64,000 nucleotides of DNA from TPA_inf: Saccharomyces (taxonomy: Eukaryota), in assembly GCA_000146045.2 (NCBI GenBank), contig BK006944.2, forward strand, positions 192,001 through 256,000. The letters run 5' to 3'. Below the pieces are notes generated by a model, which did no database searches, was not told the DNA's origin, and saw nothing but the letters and a program-made list of their open reading frames with translations. A program made the translations under genes and the position numbers. Shown one piece after another: positions 25,344 through 34,569 of this stretch (position 1 is its first letter; each line of letters starts with the position of its first letter).

Positions 25344-26318
25344 ATGTCATCTGACAACTCTAAACAAGATAAACAAATTGAAAAAACAGCCGCCCAGAAG
25401 ATATCGAAGTTTGGTTCGTTTGTGGCTGGTGGGCTAGCAGCATGTATAGCTGTTACAGTTACTAATCCGATCGAATTGATTAAAATCAGAATGCAGCTTC
25501 AAGGTGAAATGTCAGCATCAGCTGCAAAAGTTTATAAAAATCCAATCCAAGGTATGGCGGTAATTTTCAAAAACGAAGGTATAAAAGGTCTGCAAAAAGG
25601 GTTAAATGCTGCTTATATCTATCAAATTGGGCTAAATGGTTCCAGATTAGGGTTTTATGAGCCAATCAGATCATCATTAAATCAGCTTTTCTTCCCAGAT
25701 CAAGAGCCACATAAGGTACAGAGCGTCGGAGTTAACGTCTTTTCTGGTGCCGCATCTGGTATAATTGGTGCAGTCATTGGCTCTCCATTATTCTTGGTGA
25801 AAACAAGACTTCAATCATATTCCGAGTTTATAAAAATTGGTGAACAAACGCACTACACCGGTGTTTGGAACGGGTTAGTAACCATTTTTAAAACCGAAGG
25901 TGTTAAGGGTCTATTCAGAGGTATTGATGCGGCAATTTTAAGGACAGGTGCTGGTTCCTCTGTTCAACTACCTATCTACAACACAGCAAAGAACATTTTG
26001 GTCAAAAATGATCTGATGAAAGATGGCCCAGCATTACATTTAACTGCTAGTACTATCTCTGGGTTAGGTGTTGCCGTCGTTATGAACCCATGGGATGTCA
26101 TTTTGACAAGAATCTATAATCAAAAAGGTGACTTGTACAAGGGACCTATAGATTGTTTGGTCAAAACTGTTAGAATCGAAGGTGTAACCGCTTTGTATAA
26201 GGGTTTTGCAGCTCAAGTGTTCAGAATCGCACCTCATACAATCATGTGTTTGACCTTCATGGAACAGACAATGAAACTAGTTTATTCGATAGAGTCGAGA
26301 GTTTTAGGCCATAATTAA
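25344..26318 (+). CDS. OAC1: Mitochondrial inner-membrane carrier (oxaloacetate/sulfate carrier), 324 aa.
   Basis: ATG at 25344. Three mitochondrial-carrier repeats with signature P-x-[DE]-x-x-[KR]-x-R-like motifs (PIELIKIRMQ, PLFLVKTRLQ, PWDVILTRIY). Confidence 0.88.
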   Translation: MSSDNSKQDKQIEKTAAQKISKFGSFVAGGLAACIAVTVTNPIELIKIRMQLQGEMSASAAKVYKNPIQGMAVIFKNEGIKGLQKGLNAAYIYQIGLNGSRLGFYEPIRSSLNQLFFPDQEPHKVQSVGVNVFSGAASGIIGAVIGSPLFLVKTRLQSYSEFIKIGEQTHYTGVWNGLVTIFKTEGVKGLFRGIDAAILRTGAGSSVQLPIYNTAKNILVKNDLMKDGPALHLTASTISGLGVAVVMNPWDVILTRIYNQKGDLYKGPIDCLVKTVRIEGVTALYKGFAAQVFRIAPHTIMCLTFMEQTMKLVYSIESRVLGHN

Positions 26319-26569
26319 TTCCCATAACAAACTCCGAGGTTTGAAGTTTCATTCATTGGCCAGGACAGTTCTACTTTACTAATGGTTTCATTACAACCTT
26401 TTTCTTCATATTATGTAGCATTAAGGATAATAGAGCATTTTTTATTTCACATTCATACACGATAGTTTTATAAACGTAATTATAAACATACAGAACATTA
26501 TTCACAATTGTCCAGTTCCAAGAATTATATGCTCTCGGATCTCGGAGTTCTTATTTATAAAATGATCAG

Positions 26570-27217
26570 TTACAGTGTAATCTTGCTTAGAACTTTCTTT
26601 TTCTCAACCTTTGTTTTTTCTTTTACTTTTGCTTCTTCGAGTTTTTTCAGATAGCTGTTATACACAACCACATCTGCTACTAAGACCAATATTCCAAAGA
26701 ACAAGCACAACAAAAGACGAACATGGACCGGAAAGTTTGTTGAAGATCCGGTCCAGTACCAAATGGCCACAACAACCGATATGACACTTACAAGAACGTT
26801 GAAAACAGTGGTAACTTGTTCCTTAATCTGTTTATTAATTTGTGAAGGCGTGAGTTCATCGTCTTCTTGAAGTGAAAAGACAGACTTGCTTCTCTTGACC
26901 ATACTTTGATATTCAAGTTCTTGTTCCTGATATTTCAAAAACTCTAATTTTTTCTTGAAATCCTCTGAATAGTGTAAACCTCTGACGGCCTTGGGCTTGA
27001 ATTCGAACTCCAAAGGTTTCAAAAGTTCTTTGATAGAGCATTGGAGATCACTGTCTTTTCTATACTCTTTCACATAAAAAAGAAGTGACTGCATAGGTAT
27101 TGCGTGTCGCTTCAGGAACAAATCAATGTCCTCATCAATTCCTTCGTTTGATTTCGCGCTATTCTTGAACTTTCGCAGAAATTCAGTTATTCTATCATTC
27201 AGTTTAATTTCGAACAT
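26570..27217 (-). CDS. VPH2: V-ATPase assembly factor (Vma12), 215 aa.
   Basis: Track start is TTG. The first ATG (CAT 27215..27217) gives MFEIKLNDRITEFLRKF.... Two C-terminal hydrophobic spans. Confidence 0.8.
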   Translation of the reverse strand: MFEIKLNDRITEFLRKFKNSAKSNEGIDEDIDLFLKRHAIPMQSLLFYVKEYRKDSDLQCSIKELLKPLEFEFKPKAVRGLHYSEDFKKKLEFLKYQEQELEYQSMVKRSKSVFSLQEDDELTPSQINKQIKEQVTTVFNVLVSVISVVVAIWYWTGSSTNFPVHVRLLLCLFFGILVLVADVVVYNSYLKKLEEAKVKEKTKVEKKKVLSKITL

Positions 27218-27391
27218 TAGAGTTCTTTTATGTGATGCCAATCGTCAATTATCCTATCTTACCTTTTCTTCATTTCTTTCAGCGTTTTCATGTGAGATTT
27301 GCTTTATTTTCGCTTCCTCGTTTCTCATTTTAAATATTCACACGTCCGTCATGTCTACTTTGAGTCAGTTAAATACACAAGATTTTTGTAA

Positions 27392-27723
27392 AACTGAGTA
27401 TTTCGTGAACAATATAATTGTTCGGATTCAATCATAGTTAAAGACTATAGTATGAGATACACAGAATATCCTAAAAGTTCCCCTCGAGGGTATAGGAAAC
27501 CTCAAAATGGAATCGGTCTTTCTACATGATAATATTACTCTAACTTCTTTTCTTCTATACTTTGCCATTCATTACCCTATCACGTTATCAATCCTTGCAT
27601 TTCAGCTTCCATTAAGACCGATAACTGTTTCCCAATCTCTATGTCATCATCTTACACCGCTGTGATAATATTCTAGGAAGACGAATACTAGCCAATAGAT
27701 GATACAAGGATTTCATTTCGACA
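27392..27723 (-). mobile_element. Diverged solo delta (Ty1/Ty2 LTR), about 330 bp.
   Basis: Plus strand reads as the reverse complement of delta: ...attgttcggattcaatc...tatgagatacacagaatatcctaaaagttcccctcgagggtataggaaacctcaaaatggaatc...tcaatccttgcatttcagcttccattaa...tagccaatagatgatacaaggatttcatttcgaca. Roughly 80% identity to the consensus as I recall it. About 170 bp upstream of tRNA-Ala. Confidence 0.7.
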
Positions 27724-27894
27724 GAAACAAAAAAAGCATGGAAAAACGAATGGAGACAAAGAGGAAGTTAAAGAAAGTTCATTTGTGACCTCATTTACTC
27801 AGAAGAATTTCGTAAATCGGTTGTTATAGAACTGTTTTATTGTTTAAAAGAGCTTGTTATAGTAATCTAAGTGGAAATACACTAACAGTAAATA

Positions 27895-27967
27895 GGGCGT
27901 GTGGCGTAGTCGGTAGCGCGCTCCCTTAGCATGGGAGAGGTCTCCGGTTCGATTCCGGACTCGTCCA
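27895..27967 (+). tRNA. tA(AGC): tRNA-Ala, anticodon AGC.
   Basis: GGGCGTGTGGCGTAGTCGGTAGCGCGCTCCCTTAGCATGGGAGAGGTCTCCGGTTCGATTCCGGACTCGTCCA. G3:U70 Ala identity pair, B box GGTTCGATTCC, T-tract terminator ctttttat downstream. Identical to the classic yeast tRNA-Ala sequence. Confidence 0.95.
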
Positions 27968-28323
27968 ATCTTTTTATACTTATTAATAATTTTTTTCCTG
28001 CCGTTACTTGCTTTTAAAATAACTGCCTTTTATGAATACAGAGTATAATTTTTGATATACAAAGAGGTTGACTGTGATAATCAATACTTAATTTGTGGTT
28101 ATTGGTACACATATACCTACAAAAGTTACCAACAAACTGTTCGACTTTTAATGCTACCCGCCTTCCGAGTGTTTTTGAAGGGGCGGAGAGGAGCGGCAAG
28201 AATTAGCATGGAAAAAAGCATAAAAAGACGAAATGGGTGGCAATGTATTAACTTGTTCGAGAAACCTAGTGGACTCAATTCATTACAACAACAAGTTCCC
28301 AAGATCATCGATTCATAATAGTC

Positions 28324-28974
28324 ATGTCCGATAAAGTTATTAACCCTCAAGTTGCATGGGCTCAAAGGTCTAGTACTACTGATCCAGAAAGAAATTATGT
28401 CTTAATAACTGTGTCAATTGCAGACTGTGATGCCCCTGAGTTAACCATTAAGCCATCATACATCGAATTAAAGGCTCAATCAAAGCCTCATGTTGGCGAT
28501 GAAAATGTCCATCATTATCAATTACACATTGATCTATACAAGGAAATTATACCTGAAAAAACAATGCATAAGGTTGCTAATGGCCAGCACTACTTTTTGA
28601 AATTGTATAAAAAGGATTTAGAATCTGAATACTGGCCACGTTTGACAAAGGAAAAGGTGAAGTACCCTTACATCAAAACTGATTTCGATAAATGGGTTGA
28701 TGAAGATGAACAAGACGAAGTTGAAGCTGAAGGTAATGATGCCGCTCAAGGAATGGATTTCAGCCAAATGATGGGAGGTGCTGGAGGTGCTGGAGGTGCT
28801 GGAGGCATGGACTTCAGCCAAATGATGGGAGGTGCTGGTGGCGCTGGTTCTCCAGATATGGCTCAATTGCAGCAATTATTGGCTCAAAGCGGTGGTAATT
28901 TGGACATGGGAGATTTCAAAGAAAACGATGAAGAAGATGAAGAAGAGGAAATAGAGCCGGAAGTGAAAGCTTAA
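28324..28974 (+). CDS. SBA1: p23/CS-domain Hsp90 co-chaperone, 216 aa.
   Basis: ATG at 28324. N-terminal CS domain. Gly/Ala-rich linker with duplicated MDFSQMMGGAGGAG. Acidic tail. Confidence 0.9.
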   Translation: MSDKVINPQVAWAQRSSTTDPERNYVLITVSIADCDAPELTIKPSYIELKAQSKPHVGDENVHHYQLHIDLYKEIIPEKTMHKVANGQHYFLKLYKKDLESEYWPRLTKEKVKYPYIKTDFDKWVDEDEQDEVEAEGNDAAQGMDFSQMMGGAGGAGGAGGMDFSQMMGGAGGAGSPDMAQLQQLLAQSGGNLDMGDFKENDEEDEEEEIEPEVKA

Positions 28975-29343
28975 AAGGAGGAGCAAATCAACCTGGAGTG
29001 CTAGAATGAGTAACTTAGAATAAAAGACGAATATATGCACTTTACACAACTCTTTACCTGTTTGTTATTGGCTGCCTCTATGTAATTAAATATTATGGAA
29101 TTAATAAAAATATTTTTATTCGTAACTATCTTAGATATATATTGTACATTGTCAAAAAGACAGTAGTAAGCAGATAGAAGCTATATTGGATGCAAAATAG
29201 AGAAAAAAGCAGAAATATTATGTTGCAAATGTCAAGTAATGGAACTGTATGTGATATTTAAAGAACAATTTCTATATGCTGGATGATTATCAGGTGTAAG
29301 CAATAAGAAAGAAAACGAAAGTAACTCCCATCCGTGGGAAATT

Positions 29344-30900
29344 TCAAGAAAAACTTAGAGTATCAGCGATCGTTTTAACGAAGGGGGATTCGTAAATTTC
29401 ATTAATCGACCAACGTTGGTTCTTCCTCGTTAGCGTATTTTCCACAATCTGTTTTCCCACATTAGTTTTATAATCGCTTAACCGGTACCATCTCCAATCA
29501 AACCTGGCAATACGATGTGACGTAGCTCTGCTACGCTGTCTTGCTGAAGCGTTTGGAGGAGGGTCAAATGGTAATCTGTCCTCAAACAAGCTGTATAGTA
29601 TGACACCTAAGGCCCACGTGTCGCTTAAATGGCCATCGTAGGGAACTCCCATCAGGATTTCTGGTGAGACATAATCCTCTGATCCACATCTTGCTGTACA
29701 CATCTCATTGTTCTCAATTTTTTTGCAGAGACCAAAATCTGCTAGCTCAATGAAATTTTGCTTGCAGTAAATGGGTGAGTCCCTAAAACTGTTGATATCA
29801 TCAAAACTATATTTCAGTAGTATATTCTCTAATTTTAGGTCCCGATGAATAATACTGTTTTCGTGCAAATATTTTACTGCCAGTACTACTTCCGTAAAAA
29901 TCCTTTGAATCAGCCACGCTTCTAGTCTTCCGTTACGGGCCATGACGGCAGCTAATAAGTCTCCTGCAGGACAATAAGACATAATCATATCACAAGGCGG
30001 CAGAGCTCTTGGAGTTTTTATAATCAAATCGCATAAAGGTTTTTTGCTAGTAACAAAAATTGGATTGTTTATCCCAAGTAGTTTAACTATACATGGGTGA
30101 TTTAGTGATTTTAGCACCTGCAATTCCCTAGTCAGAGAATTTTCCAAACGGGATAAAGTTTCCTTATATCGTAACGATGTATTGATTTGTTCAACATTTG
30201 ATAATTCCTCGGGATATTTGAGTCGTTTAACGGCCACTTGTTTCAGTTTAGGATTGCTTTGGTCCATGAGTTCATATAAAAGTACGGTACTAAAATTTCC
30301 TGAACCAATGGGCCTGACCTTTTTCCATAATAACGGGCGATCCCAGTGATCTAAAAGAAATCCCTGAAATATATCATCGTCACACTTTTCGGTAGAACTA
30401 CTACTTTCGGGAAAATAAGGTTCTTTCGTGTAGTTATCACTATCAACAGAATCATTTACTAAAGCCTCTTCAGTCACTGTTGGTAAGGAAACAACCCTTT
30501 GGGGGGATAAATTAGCTGGTGCAATAAGTTCAGAAACAACTCTTTGGTTTGGTTGTGTAACAGAAAGCATATCATCCAGTAATCGTGCATGACTTCGTCT
30601 TTTGGGTATATTCAACGAGGATTGATCTATAGGTGACATTGACAGATTGCCTGGGGATAACGGAGTGTAGGTCATCGGTGTAGGTAATGCTTGGACATTT
30701 TCAAACGTCGGAATAGATACAGTCAAAGGTGTACTGCGAGAATCACCAGTGGTCCCTTCAGTGGATGCCATTTTTTTATCTTCCTCACCATTTTCATCAA
30801 TCAATGCCTTTTCGTGTTGATCGCCAATGGAGTCGGGAAATCCTTCTTGTTTCAACCGAGGAGTCTTTGGTTGTGAATATATACTACTATATTCATCCAT
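29344..30900 (-). CDS. PRR1: Ser/Thr protein kinase, 518 aa.
   Basis: ATG confirmed (CAT 30898..30900). Kinase motifs [20 protein letters not shown]. Confidence 0.85.
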
Positions 30901-31351
30901 TGTCGGTATAACCTAACAGCTGCTGTGGGTATGGATGAATTCGAAGCGTAGATGTGATTACTATCTCAAAATATACTTGTCTAATTGTGTAAAAAAGAAA
31001 AAAAAGATAAAGAACACACCCCGCGTTGAAGATTACAAGTAAAAAACTTTCTATGCTTAGGAATAACGTTCCATAAGAGGATGGTGTGCTCAGCCTTCTT
31101 AGTTCATTTACTGGAATGTATTTAACTTTACCCTTTTCGTCTGCTAATCCATCAGTATGTGAAAAATGAAAATCTAAAAAAAAAAAAGGCTGCCTTATTC
31201 TGTAACGCAACGCGAAACATCTATAAACCAAGTAAGTAGTTTCTATGAAATGGGCAACAGCATCTTGGATGACGAAGGGTAGCATTTAGTTACGTACGTT
31301 GAGATAATCTACAAAAATTGATTACGTATTTAAAATTCTTCTCGCTTCTCA

Positions 31352-32455
31352 TTATTCTTTCTTAGTCTTCCTCTTCTTTGTCATTTGTGACAAGATATCA
31401 TTATCGCTTGGCTCTGCAGTGGCTTTCTTCCTCTTGGTGCCCCCAGCTCGCTTCTTTTGTTTAACCTCAAACTTGTCTAACTGTTCCTTACGCGATTTAG
31501 CACCTAATTTCTGCAGCGTATCATTTTTTTCTTTATACTCCTTGTCTTCTAACAATTCGCTCTCACTCTTTGATTCCAACCACTCCATAAGTTTGATTTC
31601 ATTACCATAGCCTTCATCATTTTCGTATGGAGTTTCCAAGACAATAGGGATACCCTGCAGGTATTCAGAGTGCGCGATCATTCTAAACACATCTATACCC
31701 AAATAACCTTGACCCAAGCGTTCATGCAAATCTCTATTTGCTCCTAAAGGAGCCTTGGAATCATTTAAGTGAACAGCACTTAGATATTTGAACCCTATTA
31801 CATCATTGAACTCTTTCCAAAAATTGTTAAACGTTTCAGTGGTGCTGATATCGTAGCCTGCTGCAAATGTATGGCATGTATCTATGCAAACGCCGATTCT
31901 TGATTTATCTTCAATCATTCCAATAACCTCCTTCAAATCTACCAGAGAACTTCCTACTAAATTTCCAGTACCAGCCATATTTTCTAATACAATTTTAACA
32001 AATTTCGTTTCCTTAATTGCTTTGTTCAAATATGAGGCTAGTTGTTTTAACTGCAACTGATGGTCTCCTTTCAAAGTAGAACCTGGATGTAAGTTATACA
32101 GGCCTATCCCTAATTGCTCACACCTGTTCAGATCGTCCATGAATGACTCATAACTCTTTTCTGCCTTTTCCCTATCCGGATTAGCCAAATTAATAAAGTA
32201 TTGGCCATGCGGTAAGACGTCCGTCAATGGGTTATAATTGTAAGTTGCACAGTTTTTCTTAAATTTATCTATTTCCTCCTGTGTATACTGCGGAGAAACC
32301 CACTTTCTTGGAGATTTTAAAAACATGGCAAACGAATTACAGCCAGTGTTAAATGCATTAGTTACACTATTAGAAATTCCACCGGCACCTGACATGTGCG
32401 CACCAAATTTGTATTTCGAGACAGCAGATCTAACAAAGCTAGGTGTCGAAGGCAT
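31352..32455 (-). CDS. APN1: Endonuclease IV-family AP endonuclease, 367 aa.
   Basis: ATG confirmed (CAT 32453..32455). Nfo-type TIM-barrel motifs (HPGS, HLNDSK). Lys-rich C-terminal NLS-like tail. Confidence 0.9.
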   Translation of the reverse strand: MPSTPSFVRSAVSKYKFGAHMSGAGGISNSVTNAFNTGCNSFAMFLKSPRKWVSPQYTQEEIDKFKKNCATYNYNPLTDVLPHGQYFINLANPDREKAEKSYESFMDDLNRCEQLGIGLYNLHPGSTLKGDHQLQLKQLASYLNKAIKETKFVKIVLENMAGTGNLVGSSLVDLKEVIGMIEDKSRIGVCIDTCHTFAAGYDISTTETFNNFWKEFNDVIGFKYLSAVHLNDSKAPLGANRDLHERLGQGYLGIDVFRMIAHSEYLQGIPIVLETPYENDEGYGNEIKLMEWLESKSESELLEDKEYKEKNDTLQKLGAKSRKEQLDKFEVKQKKRAGGTKRKKATAEPSDNDILSQMTKKRKTKKE

Positions 32456-32726
32456 TACGATGGTTCCGATATGCCAAAAGCTTATTAATGTTGCGTTTTG
32501 TGTTTCTTATTCGGAGTTTGTCATCTTATATTTACAATGATTTCCAACATGTAAAGAAATGAAGAAAAAGAAACCAGGTAAGAATGAAAAATTCCACGTT
32601 CAAGTTCCCAGAAAAACTGGCAAAAAAAGAGAAGTATTAGATGAAAAAAGTTCGTGTATACAAATATCTATGTTACATATATGCCAAGGTGAAGGACCAA
32701 AAGAAGAAAGTGGAAAAAGAACCCCC

Positions 32727-33875
32727 TCATCTTCTTCCCTTTGTGACTTTATTCTTATTTTTGTTCAATTTTTTATTTTCTTGTGCTCTTTTCGCCGCAG
32801 CAGCCAGCTGTTCCTTTGTCTTAGGCACCACTTGGAAGAACCCATCTAACCTACCCTGAATGCCAGATTTCAAGCCTTTTTTCAATCTTGATATACCAGA
32901 TTTAACTCTTTCTTCACTGAATTTCTTATCATCACATAAATACTCGATAAGTTCCTTCTCCTTTGGTGGCGACCATTTCAAGTTTATTTCGTTACCATCT
33001 ATAACTTCAGGGTCAAGAAACAGCATTCTTGCTTGTTTGTAAGGCCAGTCTTCTGGGATTTTCCATTTAGTGTTGTTTGACTCCCCAGATTCAATAAACT
33101 CCACGATTTTTTCGATGGATCCATGCGTTTTTATCAATTTTAAGGCTGTCACTGGACCAACACCTCTGATGCTTTCACAGTAGTCACAACCAAGCATTAT
33201 GCAAAGATCAACAAACTGCTCTATTGTCAAGTCGAGTCCTCTCAAAACTAATTCAGTATCTATTTCGTGAATCGGTTCCTTCTTGGCCTCTGAAAAAGTC
33301 AAATGTCTCAACAAGAAGGGTGTTCTATAACAGAGTGTGTCCATATCTTCACTTGCTGCGGCATACACCTTTCCCTTCTTTGCCAACTCAGCACATTGAG
33401 CCTCAGCTTCCGTTGGCGCTATTATATATGGGATTCCCATTAGTCCTAGTAATTTTTGGGCTTCTTCATTATGCTCTTTTGAGACCTTCACCAATCTTCT
33501 TTCTTGCTTCATCTTTTCCAATTCTGTTGTTGCCTCTGCCAGTTTTTTTTCTGTTTCCACCCTTCTTGAAGACCGCTTTGTCAACTCATGAGATTTCAAA
33601 TCTGGAGGTTTGCCGTCGAAGACATAACAAGGCTTGATACCGTTATCAATCATTCTCAGTGTCCTATAAAACATACCCATCAAGTGTGACGTTGTTTCAC
33701 CGGCTTCATTGGTCAACTGCCCACCGTCTTGCTGTCTTACAGCAATTAAAAACTGATATAGAGACATAGAGGCATCGATGGCAACCTTTCTGCCAAAAAA
33801 GCTCTTGATATCGCTTTTCCTGATAGCAGAGGGAACATGTTCCGATATAATTGCATTCAAACCTTTAATACCCAT
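32727..33875 (-). CDS. RAD27: Flap endonuclease FEN-1, 382 aa.
   Basis: ATG confirmed (CAT 33873..33875). XPG-N region [20 protein letters not shown] and I-region. C-terminal basic PCNA/NLS region. Confidence 0.93.
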
Positions 33876-33997
33876 ATTTTTTCTTCCGGTGTCCGTTTCC
33901 TATTTCTTTCCAATGTATGCTGTCAACGCTTTTCATCGATGTATATAAGGAAGAATACCTCATTATAATACATCAAAACCTTCATTTGCGCGATGTT

Positions 33998-34055
33998 ACG
34001 CGTCGCGTTTCCTATAAAAAATACATAAGCTAGTGAATAAAAGCTTTAAACGCGT
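33998..34055. promoter_or_regulatory. Two MCB (ACGCGT) cell-cycle boxes 120-180 bp upstream of RAD27.
   Basis: ACGCGT at 33998..34003 and 34050..34055. Each sits in CGCG-rich context (tgcgcgatgttacgcgtcgcg). Confidence 0.6.
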
Positions 34056-34243
34056 TAGGGGGATCTGCAATTAAAGTAAATAAATGAAATAAATGAAATA
34101 GATGAAAAACTGGTTACACTAATTATAACGTTAATAAAACTAGTTGATAATCAAAATATTGCCATAGCTAAGCCAATAGTACAGCGTTGGCTTTCTATCA
34201 TAACTTACCAGCCGGGTGCCCAATCGGGTATCTGTCACCGAAA

Positions 34244-34256
34244 GTCACTGTTAACG
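34244..34256. promoter_or_regulatory. Abf1 consensus site (RTCRYNNNNNACG) about 315 bp upstream of the ABF1 ATG.
   Basis: gtcac-tgtta-acg at 34244..34256. Confidence 0.5.
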
Positions 34257-34569
34257 AGGTGTGATTCAGCCGGGTACTAGTCTAGCATTTTTTTTCGCCT
34301 GTTTTTTTCGTGAAAAACGAAAAGTGGCAAGCAAACTTATATCACTTTCTACTTCTTTCCCTGTTCTTTTTGTTTATTGGCAATGGCCACTACCACATCC
34401 CCATTAACGAAAGTCACCAAAGTGTGTCATTTAATACTACGGTTAGTGACAGCATTTTGTTTAGATCTCAACTAGAGAGGATTATCAACTGCTAAGCCCT
34501 TTACACGTTATCTGTGATCCTGCTGCACTAGGAAACGTTTCAAATCACCATATTTGCAATTTCACAAGG

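Noticed and set aside
27126-27437. 103-aa ORF overlapping the VPH2 start and the delta LTR (YKL118W-like dubious ORF). Similar small stand-alone ORFs: 20034..20423 (SSH4 3' overlap), 30893..31285 (PRR1 5' overlap), 56062..56367 and 56271..56468 (HSL1 promoter), 38386..38814 and 39153..39412 (HAP4 upstream), 41942..42193.
   Set aside because: Short, compositionally biased, and overlapping promoters, LTRs or other genes. Consistent with annotated dubious ORFs rather than real genes.
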